From an uncultured Alphaproteobacteria bacterium (lineage in GTDB: Bacteria; Pseudomonadota; Alphaproteobacteria; Rhizobiales; Rhodomicrobiaceae), in contig CAWFPF010000007.1 in NCBI GenBank assembly GCA_963817705.1, forward strand, positions 7,275 to 71,274: a stretch of DNA of 64,000 bases. Direction: 5' to 3'. Below, in pieces: positions 9,738 to 19,701 of this stretch. How positions within the stretch are numbered: position 1 is the stretch's first letter; the number at the start of each line of letters is the position of its first letter. The notes below the pieces were generated by a model. That model searched no databases. It was not told where the DNA came from and worked only from the letters and a program-made list of their open reading frames with translations. A program made the translations under genes and the position numbers.

Positions 9738-12700
9738 ATGCTTTTCGAGCTGCAAGGCGCGGCCAGCCTAAGCCGTGGGCGGTGGGGCAGGCAGCGTCAT
9801 AGCATTCCTTTTTTGTTCGGCCTGTCTCTCGCCGCCGGTGTGGTTTACTTCCTCGCCGCGTGGCTTTCGATGCCCCTGACAGCGCCTGAAGGGGTTGCCC
9901 AATTCTGGCCGGCAGCTGGTATCGCAGTAGGCGCGCTTATCGTCTGCGGCAAGCGCGCGCGGCTATCGCTCGCAGCAAGCGTGGCCGCTGCGAGCTTCCT
10001 TGCTAACGCGGCTGCGACCCGCTCTCTTCCCGTTTGCATAGCTTTTGCTATTGCAAATGCAGGCGAAGCCGTCTTTGTCGCGGCCCTGATCGCGCGCTGG
10101 TTCAAGCGTCCCTTCGAGCTTGACCGTCTGATAAATGTCATCGGGCTTTTTGGGGCCGCCATCATTGTCACGGCCGCCTGGGAAGCCTTTACCGCCGCCA
10201 TGCTCGGTCTCGCTGGGTTTCCGTCCGCAGCCTTCGCGCATGTGTGGCTCCGGCTCGTATGGGGGAATGTCGCCGGCATTGCGATAACCGCGCCCCTCAT
10301 TCTTGGGATCGCTGCCGCGCTGCGAAGGGCGCCGCCCCGGCGTTTGCTGATCGAGGGTGCGGGCGTCTTGTGTCTTCATGCGCTGGCTTGCGCGCACGGT
10401 TTTGGCCTTCTGTTCACCCAGTTCGGCCAGTGGATGCTGCTTTACCCGCTTATGGAACAGCTTCCGCTCTTTCTCTGGCTCGCCCTTCGTTGCGGACCTC
10501 TTTTCGCTGCGGCAGGCACCTTCGTGTTCGGTGTGTGTGCCATGGCTTCGATGCTCATCGCGCCTGACCGCTTCGCGGGAACGTTGCTGCCTCTTGCTGA
10601 GCGGGCGGATGCTTCTCAATATGCGCTGCTCATGATGTCTTTCGTGGCGCTCTCCCTCGCCGCGTTGATCGCCGAACGGGAAGATGCCGAAGCGGCTGCA
10701 TGCCGGAGCGAAGCCCAGCTGAAGCTCAGTCTCGATGCAGGCAAGCTCGGAACATTCGATTTCAATCCGGAGACAGGGTCGTTCGAAGCGTCGGACAGGG
10801 CGAGAAGCTGTTTTGGCCTGCCCTCGGGCACACCGCTCTCGCTCGTTTCTGTCACGAAGGCGTTGCATCCCGGCGACCGGGGACTGTGCGAGTACATGTT
10901 CGCAGGGGCAGTTGAGGAAGGAGCGATTATCGACAGCGAACTCCGTGCTGTTTGGGCGGATGGGAGCCTGCATTGGCTTCATGTCATGGGACGCGCGGCC
11001 GACGATGGCCAAGGCAACTGCAGGGTCACCGGGGCCGTGCGCGACATCACCGAACAAAAGGCAATGGCATCCCTGAAGGAGACCTCCGAACAATTCCGGT
11101 TGTTCGTTGAGCAGGCGCCCGTTGCTATTGCCATGTTTGACCGGGACATGCGCTATCTTGCCGCGAGTGAGCGATGGACGGAGTTGCACGGGCTCGTGCG
11201 TGACGGCCTCATCGGCCGGTCGCATTACGAGGCTGTCCCAGATCTTCCAGAGCGCTGGAAGGACGTTCATGGGCGTGGCATTGCGGGGGCGAGCGTTCGC
11301 GAGGAAGAAGACCTCTTCCCGCGAGCCGATGGCCGCTCACTCTGGATAAAATGGGAGGTGCGGCCCTGGCGCACTGCAGATGGAGGCACGGGTGGAATCC
11401 TCATATTCTGCGACGACGTGACGGATCGCGTCTCTGCGGAGCGCGCTTTGCGCGACAGCCGCAGCGACTTGGACCGTGCGCAGGCCGTCGCCCATATCGG
11501 CAGTTGGCGGATCGACATGCGCCGTGACGTGGTGACTTGGTCCGCTGAGACGTATCGCTTGTTTGGCATCCCTCCGGGCACGCCGCTGACCTATGAGAGT
11601 TTCCTCGCCGCCATCCATCCCGATGACCGCCAATTGGTGAACGGCAAATGGAAGTCGGCACTGGCCGGCGAGCCTTACGACGTCGACTTCCGGATTGTCG
11701 CGGGAGGGCAGACAAAGTGGGTCCGCGGGCTGGCCGAACTGGAGGCGGATGCCGCGGGCCAGCCTATCGGCGGCTTCGGCACGGTTCAGGACATCACGGC
11801 CAAGAAACAGGCGCAGGACAAGCTTCGCGAAAGCGAGGAACGGCTGCGCCTGTCCAACGAGGCAGGGGGGATCGGCACGTTCACAATCGACGTCGAAACC
11901 GGCCGAGCGGAATTCTCGGACGAACTCGCACGCATGATCGGATTTCCCGGCTTGAGAGCGGTGGGTGTCGAGGACGCCTTCTCGCGCGTGCACAGGGACG
12001 ATTCGGTCCGGATTCGGGCTCTCTATGATGCGGCTTTGCGTGCGGGAGGTGGCCATTTCAAGATGGATTTCCGCTTCGTCCGACCTGGCGGTGAGATCCG
12101 TTGGATTACCTGGACGGGCCGGGTAAAATTCCGCGACGGGGTCAAAGGACGCGAAGCGTTGCGCGTCACTGGCGCCTGTGTCGATATCACAGAACTCAAG
12201 CAGGCCGAAAACGCGCTCCGCGAAAGCGAGGAGCGGTTACGTCACCTCGGCGATAGCCTCCCCGATAGCGCCGTTTACCAATATACTCACGATCTAGACG
12301 GTAAGCCTCGCTTTTCTTATATAAGTGCGGGCGTTCAGAAGCTCAACGGCGTGAGCGCAGCAGAGGTGATTGCAGATGCCCGTGCGCTCCACGGTCAGAT
12401 CCTTCCCGATTATTTGGAACCGCTTTATGAAGCAGAGCGCCGAAGCGCCCGCGACCTCTCCGACTTCAAGATGGAAGTCCCTATGCGCCGGCCTGACGGC
12501 GAGATCCGGTGGGTCCGGTTGCGGTCGCGCCCGCGCCGGTTGCCGGATGGCCGCGTGATTTGGGACGGCGTGAAAACGGACATTACCGATTTCAAAAAGG
12601 TCGAAGACGTGGTGCGAGCCAGCGAGGAGCGGCTCAGAGCCATCGTCTCCACGGCCGTGGACGCGATCATCGTCATCGACGAGGGCGCGCTGATCCAATC

Positions 12701-13616
12701 GATTAATCCTTCGGGAGAACGCATGTTCGGTTACGCCGAAAGCGAACTTATAGGCCGGAACATTTCGGTTCTCATGATGGACCCCGACCGCGCACAGCAC
12801 GACCGCTACATGGAGGCTTATCAAAAGACGGGTAAAGCCAAAATCATCGGGATCGGCCGGGAGGTGCTTCACCGGCGCAAGGACGGTTCAAGCTTCCCGG
12901 GCGATCTCGCTGTCGCGGAATGGCGTGTGGGTGGCAAGCGTTACTTTACGGGCACCGTTCGCGACGTGACAGACCGCAAACGGCAAGAGGAGAAAGTTCA
13001 GCTCTTGCTGCGAGAGGTCAATCATCGCTCGAAGAATATGCTCGCGCTGGTCCGGGCCATCGCCTCACAGACTGCGGCGCCTGCCCAAGACGAGTTCATC
13101 AAGAGTTTTTCGGAACGTCTTTCTGCACTCGCGACGAGCCAGGACTTGCTTGTGAGCAGCGGCTGGCAAGGAGTCGAACTCGGCGCCCTGGTGCGTTCCC
13201 AGCTGTCGCATTTCGCAAGCCTTATCGACGATCGCATCACGCTGTCGGGGGCTCCCATGAAGGTGTCCTCGCCAGCAGCGCAAACGATCGGCATGGCGCT
13301 GCACGAACTGGCGACCAATGCCGGCAAATACGGGGCGCTTTCAGATGGCACCGGCGCAATCTGCATTACCTGGCAGGTCGCGCAAGGCATGAACGGGGAC
13401 AAGCGATTCGCATTGACTTGGATCGAGCATGGCGGACCCGAGGTCGCGCCGCCGGAACGGACCGGCTTTGGCACGACCGTAATCGAGGTCATGCCACGCA
13501 TGGAGTTGGATGCGGAGGTGACACTCGATTACGGACTGGAAGGACTGCGCTGGCACTTGGATTGCCCAGCCGCGAGCGTTCTCGAAGACCTGGAAACCGG
13601 CGTAAACTCGCAATGA
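9738..13616 (+). CDS. MASE1 / multi-PAS / HWE histidine kinase
   Basis: N-terminal TM block with FWPAAG; several PAS/PAC repeats; EVNHRSKN H-box, LHELATNAGKYGAL and WIEHGGP. Confidence 0.93.
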   Translation: MLFELQGAASLSRGRWGRQRHSIPFLFGLSLAAGVVYFLAAWLSMPLTAPEGVAQFWPAAGIAVGALIVCGKRARLSLAASVAAASFLANAAATRSLPVCIAFAIANAGEAVFVAALIARWFKRPFELDRLINVIGLFGAAIIVTAAWEAFTAAMLGLAGFPSAAFAHVWLRLVWGNVAGIAITAPLILGIAAALRRAPPRRLLIEGAGVLCLHALACAHGFGLLFTQFGQWMLLYPLMEQLPLFLWLALRCGPLFAAAGTFVFGVCAMASMLIAPDRFAGTLLPLAERADASQYALLMMSFVALSLAALIAEREDAEAAACRSEAQLKLSLDAGKLGTFDFNPETGSFEASDRARSCFGLPSGTPLSLVSVTKALHPGDRGLCEYMFAGAVEEGAIIDSELRAVWADGSLHWLHVMGRAADDGQGNCRVTGAVRDITEQKAMASLKETSEQFRLFVEQAPVAIAMFDRDMRYLAASERWTELHGLVRDGLIGRSHYEAVPDLPERWKDVHGRGIAGASVREEEDLFPRADGRSLWIKWEVRPWRTADGGTGGILIFCDDVTDRVSAERALRDSRSDLDRAQAVAHIGSWRIDMRRDVVTWSAETYRLFGIPPGTPLTYESFLAAIHPDDRQLVNGKWKSALAGEPYDVDFRIVAGGQTKWVRGLAELEADAAGQPIGGFGTVQDITAKKQAQDKLRESEERLRLSNEAGGIGTFTIDVETGRAEFSDELARMIGFPGLRAVGVEDAFSRVHRDDSVRIRALYDAALRAGGGHFKMDFRFVRPGGEIRWITWTGRVKFRDGVKGREALRVTGACVDITELKQAENALRESEERLRHLGDSLPDSAVYQYTHDLDGKPRFSYISAGVQKLNGVSAAEVIADARALHGQILPDYLEPLYEAERRSARDLSDFKMEVPMRRPDGEIRWVRLRSRPRRLPDGRVIWDGVKTDITDFKKVEDVVRASEERLRAIVSTAVDAIIVIDEGALIQSINPSGERMFGYAESELIGRNISVLMMDPDRAQHDRYMEAYQKTGKAKIIGIGREVLHRRKDGSSFPGDLAVAEWRVGGKRYFTGTVRDVTDRKRQEEKVQLLLREVNHRSKNMLALVRAIASQTAAPAQDEFIKSFSERLSALATSQDLLVSSGWQGVELGALVRSQLSHFASLIDDRITLSGAPMKVSSPAAQTIGMALHELATNAGKYGALSDGTGAICITWQVAQGMNGDKRFALTWIEHGGPEVAPPERTGFGTTVIEVMPRMELDAEVTLDYGLEGLRWHLDCPAASVLEDLETGVNSQ

Positions 13617-13990
13617 AAGGAAATGTGATAAAGGCGCGCATCCTCATTGTGGAAGACAACGCTCTGGTGGCCATCGATCTTGCACAAACCTTGGAAGCAG
13701 CCGGATTTGAGGTCATCGGGCCGGCCATGACTTGCGCCCGGGGGCTCGCGATGCTTAACGATCCGGGCTGCGACGCCGCGATCCTCGATATCAATCTGCG
13801 CGGGGAGACTTCGGAAGCGATCGCAGATGAGTTGAAAGCGAAGGCCATCCCTTTTTTGACGATGACGGGCTATTCACTCGCCCAGCAGCCACCGGCTTTC
13901 GACGGGGCTCCGGCTTTGACAAAGCCCGTTGCCCCGCAAATCGTCATCAACGAAATCCGCCGGTTTTTCGGGGATGGCGCCGCCGGGTAA
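13613..13990 (+). CDS. Single-domain response regulator
   Basis: ILIVEDN...AILDINL...FLTMTGY...LTKP; ATGA overlap with the kinase stop. Confidence 0.92.
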   Translation: MKGNVIKARILIVEDNALVAIDLAQTLEAAGFEVIGPAMTCARGLAMLNDPGCDAAILDINLRGETSEAIADELKAKAIPFLTMTGYSLAQQPPAFDGAPALTKPVAPQIVINEIRRFFGDGAAG

Positions 13991-13999
13991 AGCTTCGAA

Positions 14000-15031
14000 T
14001 TACACGATGCGTTTGATAAGCCCGGAAATGGCTTCCAAGCTAAGCGAGAGCGATGACGGTCTCCGCTTCTTCATGGCGAGCGTTTCCGAGGGTAGCTCCC
14101 CGAACAATTGCCTGTAGCGTTTCGAAAAGCGGCCAAGTTCATAAAAACCGTGCCGGGTCGCAACATCGGTAACCGGGCCCATCCCCTGGGCCAACTCCCT
14201 ATGCGCACGGCACAGCCGGAATACCATGATGTATTTCAGAGGGCTGGTATCCAGAAAATAGCGGAACGCGCGTTCGAGCCGGCGGCGGCTGACTCCCAGG
14301 CGAAGACACAAATCCGCGACGCTCACAATGGCGCCTGCGTCCTGCCTCAGGAGGTCTTCCACCTCCCGCACGAGCCGGGCATCCGCCGGCGGGAGCGGCC
14401 TGCGTTGCGTGCCCTCGGCGGGTTCCATTGCCGCGAAAAATGCCGCTGCGAGCGTTGCGGCGAAAGCCTTGCTGTCGAATTGCGGGCTTGGGTTATCCTT
14501 CAATCTTTTGAGAATGGTCCTCGCTTCGAAGACGGCCTGTCTCAGCGTTTTGCGCGGACCGGCCGTAGGCGTCCAAAGTGCGGGCGAGCCGAGATGCGGA
14601 AGAAGCCCGGGGTACAGAACTCCAGCGGCGTGAAGTCCGGCAGCTTCCGGCAGAAATATCGACGCATGTCCGAATCTCCCTCCGGGGTTTGCGGTATCGA
14701 ATTCCCCTCCAACCGTGCTGAACATCACGCCGGCATCTCCGCCGTAGGCCGTTTCAGTTCCCCAGACCCGGGCGGGCTGTCCGGCTCCAAGCTTGAAGAC
14801 AACCGAGAGAACCGCGGGCTGAAAATCTCCCCGCGCCCGGACCGGACTTTGGCAATCCAACCGGCCAAAGATAAAACTACTTTCGCCCAGCATCGCACTG
14901 GAAACCCGCCCGAAAAAGCGCCCTGAGCGCAGTTGGGTGACCTCGAAAGCGTGTCCGCCAACCGGCGAACGCACGTCTGCGATATCCCTGATCGAATGCC
15001 GAGCCAGACTAAAGCCGGAGATATTGTCCAT
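14000..15031 (-). CDS. AraC-family transcriptional regulator (EutR-like)
   Basis: C-terminal VSRRRLERAF...VTDVATRHGFYELGRFSKRYRQLFGELPSETL; start uncertain (15031 chosen). Confidence 0.88.
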   Translation of the reverse strand: MDNISGFSLARHSIRDIADVRSPVGGHAFEVTQLRSGRFFGRVSSAMLGESSFIFGRLDCQSPVRARGDFQPAVLSVVFKLGAGQPARVWGTETAYGGDAGVMFSTVGGEFDTANPGGRFGHASIFLPEAAGLHAAGVLYPGLLPHLGSPALWTPTAGPRKTLRQAVFEARTILKRLKDNPSPQFDSKAFAATLAAAFFAAMEPAEGTQRRPLPPADARLVREVEDLLRQDAGAIVSVADLCLRLGVSRRRLERAFRYFLDTSPLKYIMVFRLCRAHRELAQGMGPVTDVATRHGFYELGRFSKRYRQLFGELPSETLAMKKRRPSSLSLSLEAISGLIKRIV

Positions 15032-15299
15032 GGCGAAAAAACACCATTTTTGTTTTAGAATAAGTGTAAACTTTAGCTTAAGCAACGGAGCATTCAGGAG
15101 CAACAAGCTCTCACGATTCCACCCGGAAACTGAACTGAGAACCAGAGCATATTTGTCTTAGTGACGCTTCGAAACGCCGCAACCGGAATCCACAAGTAAG
15201 TAAGGCGACGCCGCATACTGCATAGCGCGTTGCGACTTTTTAGAAAATATGGCAAGTGCCACGAACTTTTTTTCGTAGTGCGTACATGTGGGGATAATC

Positions 15300-16311
15300 A
15301 TGAGGAAGCATGCTGCCGCCTATAATAACCAAAAGCTTTTGTGCACGTGCAAGCATCTGAAGGAAAAAGTCTTCGACAACATAGCGGGACCACTCGCAGT
15401 CTTGCGTGATGATTGCGAGGTATTATTTCCGAATACAGCTTCAGGCTTGCAACGTCCTGCCGGCCCGCAAAGAAGGTCCAGTCTCTCAAAATGCCGGGCT
15501 TGCGACCTGGGCCCCTGCATCCTGGCATTGCCTCTCCATGAAGTGCTCGCAAAGAGCGCCGGCGGCGAAGAGACTGTCACCCAACATGAGTGCGAACTCG
15601 AGAGCGGAGACTCGCTCCGCCTGCAGATCAGCGATCTTGGCATCCGGCAAGCATTCTTCCTCATGCTGCGAGACGCGGCAGAAAGGCAAGCAGACACGGG
15701 GAGAAGGACACCTCTCGCGTCCGAACTCAATCATAGGATCAAGAATGCACTTCAGATCGCGAGCTCAATAGCCTCGGAAACGGCCCGGCACAGCACGTCC
15801 GTAGACGGCTTCTTGAGTGCTTATGAGGGCCGCCTCTCCGCCTTCGGGCAGGTTCAAACCATGCTGTCTCGCAACGATTGGGGCCCAGTAGAACTGCAAG
15901 CGATCCTGGATCAAGCCATCTGCCTGCACGATCTCGAAGAGCGGCGGGTGAAGATTGCACCTGGCCCGGCCGTCGAGGTCCCGCCGCCGGAAGCCTTGTC
16001 GTTGCGTTTGGTTCTGCATGAGCTTTTTACCAACGCGCTGACACATGGCGCGCTCTCCGTCTCCGGCGGAAGAGTGGACGTGTCATGGAAAACGACGGCT
16101 GGAGGCGAGTTCGAGAGTCTACTTCCATTGGAAGGAAACTGGCGGACCGAGGGTCGCGCCGCCCCGTAAAAAGGGATTCGGTACCGAACTTATCGAGTTG
16201 CTTCTGCCTTTCGATCTCAACGGAAGAGCAAGACTGCGGTTCGAAAGCCCCGGCCTGCGCTGCGAGCTGGAGTTTCCCTTGCCGGAGCCCGGCCCTGTCA
16301 CATTGTCCTAA
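15300..16311 (+). CDS. HWE histidine kinase with Cys-rich N-terminus (apparent +1 frameshift at 16107-16112)
   Basis: ELNHRIKN and LHELFTNALTHGAL in frame 1; WKETGGPRVAPPRKKGFGTELIE in frame 2; joined by removing one T from GAGTTC. Confidence 0.82.
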
Positions 16312-16529
16312 CGCGCAGACAGGCGAGCCGAGCATCCGTTCTCGGTAGAGGCATGGGTGTTGCTCCATGGCCCCCTGCCACGATAGGGGTCGCCGCGACG
16401 TCAGGGTCGTGACGCTGTCCCAGCAGCCGCGCCACTGCCGGTGGGCGCAGGGGCAGCAGGGCCGCGCCGGGAACTTCGTTACGATAAGACTACTTATGTT
16501 GTGTCCTTGCGCCGATCTCTTAGCCCTAG

Positions 16530-17273
16530 CTAGGAGAATAAGTTTGGATTTGGTCCGTGCTTATTTGTGGCACCTTCCGAAGGAAGAAAGACGACTACAA
16601 TGGTAATTCCAGTGAGTATCAGCCACCCCGACAGCCCCACATCGTGAAATCTTCGCACGAGAATAGCCAAACTTGGAACGAAGAATGTCAACGCAAATAA
16701 AATGTATAAAATTGTTGTTACAGGAAACGCCTGCGGGGAAGAAGCGGCCAAGCGTCCTGATAAACCATGGATGAACCCATCAATAAATGGGCCCACAAAC
16801 CCAACAATAACGAAGAAAAACATCACGTAAAAAAGAACAAACGACCAATACTCTTTTCGCTGAGCCCTTCCGTGAAACTCGCCATACTTCTCCGTAAAGG
16901 CGCGCGTAAAGCACTCCCACATGGAGAGGTTATTAGCCGGACCCGCCGCTTCGAACCGTAGGGGTATTCCCTGATGCTCTCGCGGCAAACCAAACGCCGG
17001 CACCGCAACCGTTGGCGGTTGCCCAATCAACTTGCTAATTGTGGTTTCGAAATCGGCGAGGCGGATTTGCTGACTGCCCGTGATCTCTGCTTCAGAGATC
17101 CGGCGCCACGCGCCGTCTTGGAGCAGAAAGGTACCTCCGGTCGAATTAAGGTCCTGAATAAGGTAACGGTCGCCACCGAGATATCTAACCTGAAGATGGG
17201 AACGGCTAACGTACTTCGAAGGAATAACTATGCTTGCCTTACCGGCATCACGTCCAACCACATAATCAAGCAT
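16530..17273 (-). CDS. FHA domain + DUF805 membrane domain fusion
   Basis: VGR...VSRSH...DLNSTGGT (FHA); GRAQRKEYW...VRRFHDVGLSGW...NKHGPNP (DUF805). Confidence 0.85.
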   Translation of the reverse strand: MLDYVVGRDAGKASIVIPSKYVSRSHLQVRYLGGDRYLIQDLNSTGGTFLLQDGAWRRISEAEITGSQQIRLADFETTISKLIGQPPTVAVPAFGLPREHQGIPLRFEAAGPANNLSMWECFTRAFTEKYGEFHGRAQRKEYWSFVLFYVMFFFVIVGFVGPFIDGFIHGLSGRLAASSPQAFPVTTILYILFALTFFVPSLAILVRRFHDVGLSGWLILTGITIVVVFLPSEGATNKHGPNPNLFS

Positions 17274-17600
17274 CCAAGCCCCCCCGACACGCTAATAATG
17301 TGTTAAAGTTTGGACTGATAACTCGGCTTTGCTGTATCTATCGTATTGCCGGTCACACCGTCTTTCACGTGAGCATAACTACTGGCGACCCCGCCGCCAA
17401 ACCCGTATCCAATGCTTCCGGATAGTTTGTTAAATAATAGCGGCAAATCGGAGCGATCGCAAGCTTAGCAGCGCAGTGCCGTCCTCTCCTAGAGGGCCGC
17501 ATCAAGTGCGCCCTGACCAGGGGGTCAAGCGCGCCGGCATAGTTTTTGCTTGTTAAGGGTTGAATGTCCTGCGAAGCTGCAGGCAAGCGGAGACTTTGCA

Positions 17601-17996
17601 ATGGCGAGCAGACTGCATCGGCGCAGGCGCGCTGAATCGCAATTCGATGAAGAAGGGCTCATGGCCATTTGCTTCGCCTTTGCCCACAAGTTTGGCCGCC
17701 TTCCCCGCGGCAGCGATCCAGTCTTTTTCGATCCGGAGGCGAACGAACCCCGTTCTTTGCCGTCATCCAGCGCGCAACGTATACTGCTCGAAGCGATGCT
17801 TGAGAATGGCACAGCTCCTCAGATCGTCTATGCTTATTGCCGGACCGGTTTTGCCGTGTCCGAAAAGAACCGGAGCGGCCTGCCACAAGACCGGCTCTTC
17901 CAATGGGACACCGCAATCAATGAATATCTTGCTTTCGGAGAGAAAGCGGCCAGGTTGCATCACTACAGATTCCGGTTACTTAGCGTTGCCCCCTAA
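17601..17996 (+). CDS. Hypothetical protein
   Basis: GGAG RBS; KFGRLPRGSDPVFFDP...IVYAYCRTG...WDTAINEY looks like a real globular protein. Confidence 0.65.
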   Translation: MASRLHRRRRAESQFDEEGLMAICFAFAHKFGRLPRGSDPVFFDPEANEPRSLPSSSAQRILLEAMLENGTAPQIVYAYCRTGFAVSEKNRSGLPQDRLFQWDTAINEYLAFGEKAARLHHYRFRLLSVAP

Positions 17997-18014
17997 GCCC
18001 TCTCAAAACGCCGT

Positions 18015-18269
18015 TTATCGCCTGACCACCCGCAAAACGAACAGCAATAGAACCGCCCCCACGGTGGAGGTGACGATCGAGGCGACCGTTGGGTTTGCCG
18101 AAACCTTCGCACCCAAGGCGGGGAATAAGTAGAACCCTATTGCAGCCCCGAGCACGCCGACAACAATCGCGCCAATGACATCGAGCCCCGTGGGTATCAC
18201 GATGCTTGCGAGGACGCCCGCTACCAGGCCGATAAGAATGATGTAGATCAGTGAATTTGCATCGGGCAT
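18015..18269 (-). CDS. GlsB/YeaQ/YmgE family (transglycosylase-associated) membrane protein
   Basis: IILIGLVAGVLA...IVVGVLGAAIG...STVGAVLLL; 84 aa. Confidence 0.88.
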   Translation of the reverse strand: MPDANSLIYIILIGLVAGVLASIVIPTGLDVIGAIVVGVLGAAIGFYLFPALGAKVSANPTVASIVTSTVGAVLLLFVLRVVRR

Positions 18270-18342
18270 TTCCGTCTCCCCAGATTGGCGCCGCGGGATG
18301 CGGCCACCTTCGGCGCGGCTGGCGCGCCACGCTTCTCTGGAA

Positions 18343-18367
18343 AAGGCGTCCCTAATAGGAACGTTCC
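18343..18367 (-). promoter_or_regulatory. EcfG-like promoter variant
   Basis: GGAAC-N16-CCTT upstream of the GlsB/YeaQ gene; one mismatch to CGTT. Confidence 0.45.
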
Positions 18368-18452
18368 AATTGGCAGGCAAATTTCAGAAAAATGGAACTT
18401 TTCGGCTCCTGCCGTGCTGTGGGTTGAGAAGTGTCTCAAAGGAGGAATTTTA

Positions 18453-18692
18453 ATGAGAACCATCCCATCGGCATTCTTTGCTCTTGCACTTGCAGTTTCA
18501 TCACTCGCGGTGGCAACCATCCCAGTTTCGGCAGTGGAAGCTCCCGTGGCTGTTCCCGCTGTCGAGCACGGTATCACAAGGGTTGACGAGCGCGACCATG
18601 AGCGCTGCGAACGTATCCGGCATGAGTGCCGCGAGCGGCACGGCGATCATGACCGGGAATACCGCGAATGCGTCGAAAGGGAGCATTGCTAA
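18453..18692 (+). CDS. Small secreted Cys/His/Glu/Arg-rich protein
   Basis: GGAGGA RBS; signal peptide; C-terminus DERDHERCERIRHECRERHGDHDREYRECVEREHC. Confidence 0.78.
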   Translation: MRTIPSAFFALALAVSSLAVATIPVSAVEAPVAVPAVEHGITRVDERDHERCERIRHECRERHGDHDREYRECVEREHC

Positions 18693-18780
18693 AAGCAAAG
18701 CCTTATCGAACCGAGCTAAATGGTTGGGTTTCTTTTTAGAACAAGGCCCCGGCAGCCCTCTGTTAACCAGGGCTGCGCCG

Positions 18781-18876
18781 GTCATGGGCGCCCTAGATGC
18801 GGCCATCCAAGGGATGACTTAGAGCCTTTGTTCTTGGAGGGCCGGGTCATGGCCAGGTCGTGGCCCGGCCATGACG
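18781..18876. repeat. GTCATGGCC...GGCCATGAC-type REP-like palindrome
   Basis: GTCATGGGCG...GGCCATCCA...GGCCCGGCCATGACG between convergent genes; related to 35542-35623. Confidence 0.7.
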
Positions 18877-18914
18877 AGGTGCACGCAAAACTCAACGTGC
18901 TCTAAACGCGAAAT

Positions 18915-19337
18915 TCAGTTCGCTGCGGCCGGGGCGGCACGTTCGCTCAAAAGCCGCCTGCATGACTTAAGGACAGCCAAGGCGCCATAGGGTTTTGAAA
19001 AGAAGCCATCGGCGAAGTTCTGGGGCGGCGAGCAAAATAATTGCCCGGAGACGATGATGATTTTCACCTCGCTGTATATTTCGCGCGCACGCGCTGCGAG
19101 TTGCACGCCGTCCATCGAACCCGGCATGATGACATCACTGATTATGAGATCGACCGGCTGAGACTGAAGAACTTCAAAAGCCTCATCTGCGTTCGAGGCC
19201 TCGATCACGTCATATCTGGCGCCCCTCAGCTCCGAAGCGAGATGCAGCCTGATGAGAGGCTCATCTTCCACGAGCAAAACTTTTGCCGCTAAAGCTTGCC
19301 GCGGGTCATCCAGAGCTTTGCCAACGTACATATGCAT
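18915..19337 (-). CDS. Single-domain response regulator
   Basis: VLLVEDEPLIR...LIISDVIMPGSMDG...IIVSG...FFSKPY. Confidence 0.9.
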   Translation of the reverse strand: MHMYVGKALDDPRQALAAKVLLVEDEPLIRLHLASELRGARYDVIEASNADEAFEVLQSQPVDLIISDVIMPGSMDGVQLAARAREIYSEVKIIIVSGQLFCSPPQNFADGFFSKPYGALAVLKSCRRLLSERAAPAAAN

Positions 19338-19701
19338 TCACCTTTGGTACACAAACACAACCCAACGCCTTCAGAAGAGGCAAACGCACGCGCTTACGGT
19401 TCTGTTCCCTAAGAGTTTGAAGAAGTGCGACCGGCAGCCGGTTCAAAAGTTCGTGACAAGACACTGAAGCATGCGGGCCGGCCCACGATGCGGGAAACTT
19501 TATTGCAACTTCGCAAGAACCATGTTCGAAAAATAGCGGCATAGATATGCCGTGCTATGATAAGATCAAGATGACGGCACGTAAGAAACGACATTTAAAA
19601 ATTAAATAACCGTGCTGTCAGGCCTAAGTATAGTAAGTTCCAACGCGTAAACTAGTCTGTGTTCCGTGCCGTTAACGGCGGCAAAAAACGCGAGGCGAAT
19701 A

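Noticed and set aside
19595-19610. CtrA-like box TTAA-N7-ATAAC
   Set aside because: One mismatch in an AT-rich promoter; could easily be chance.
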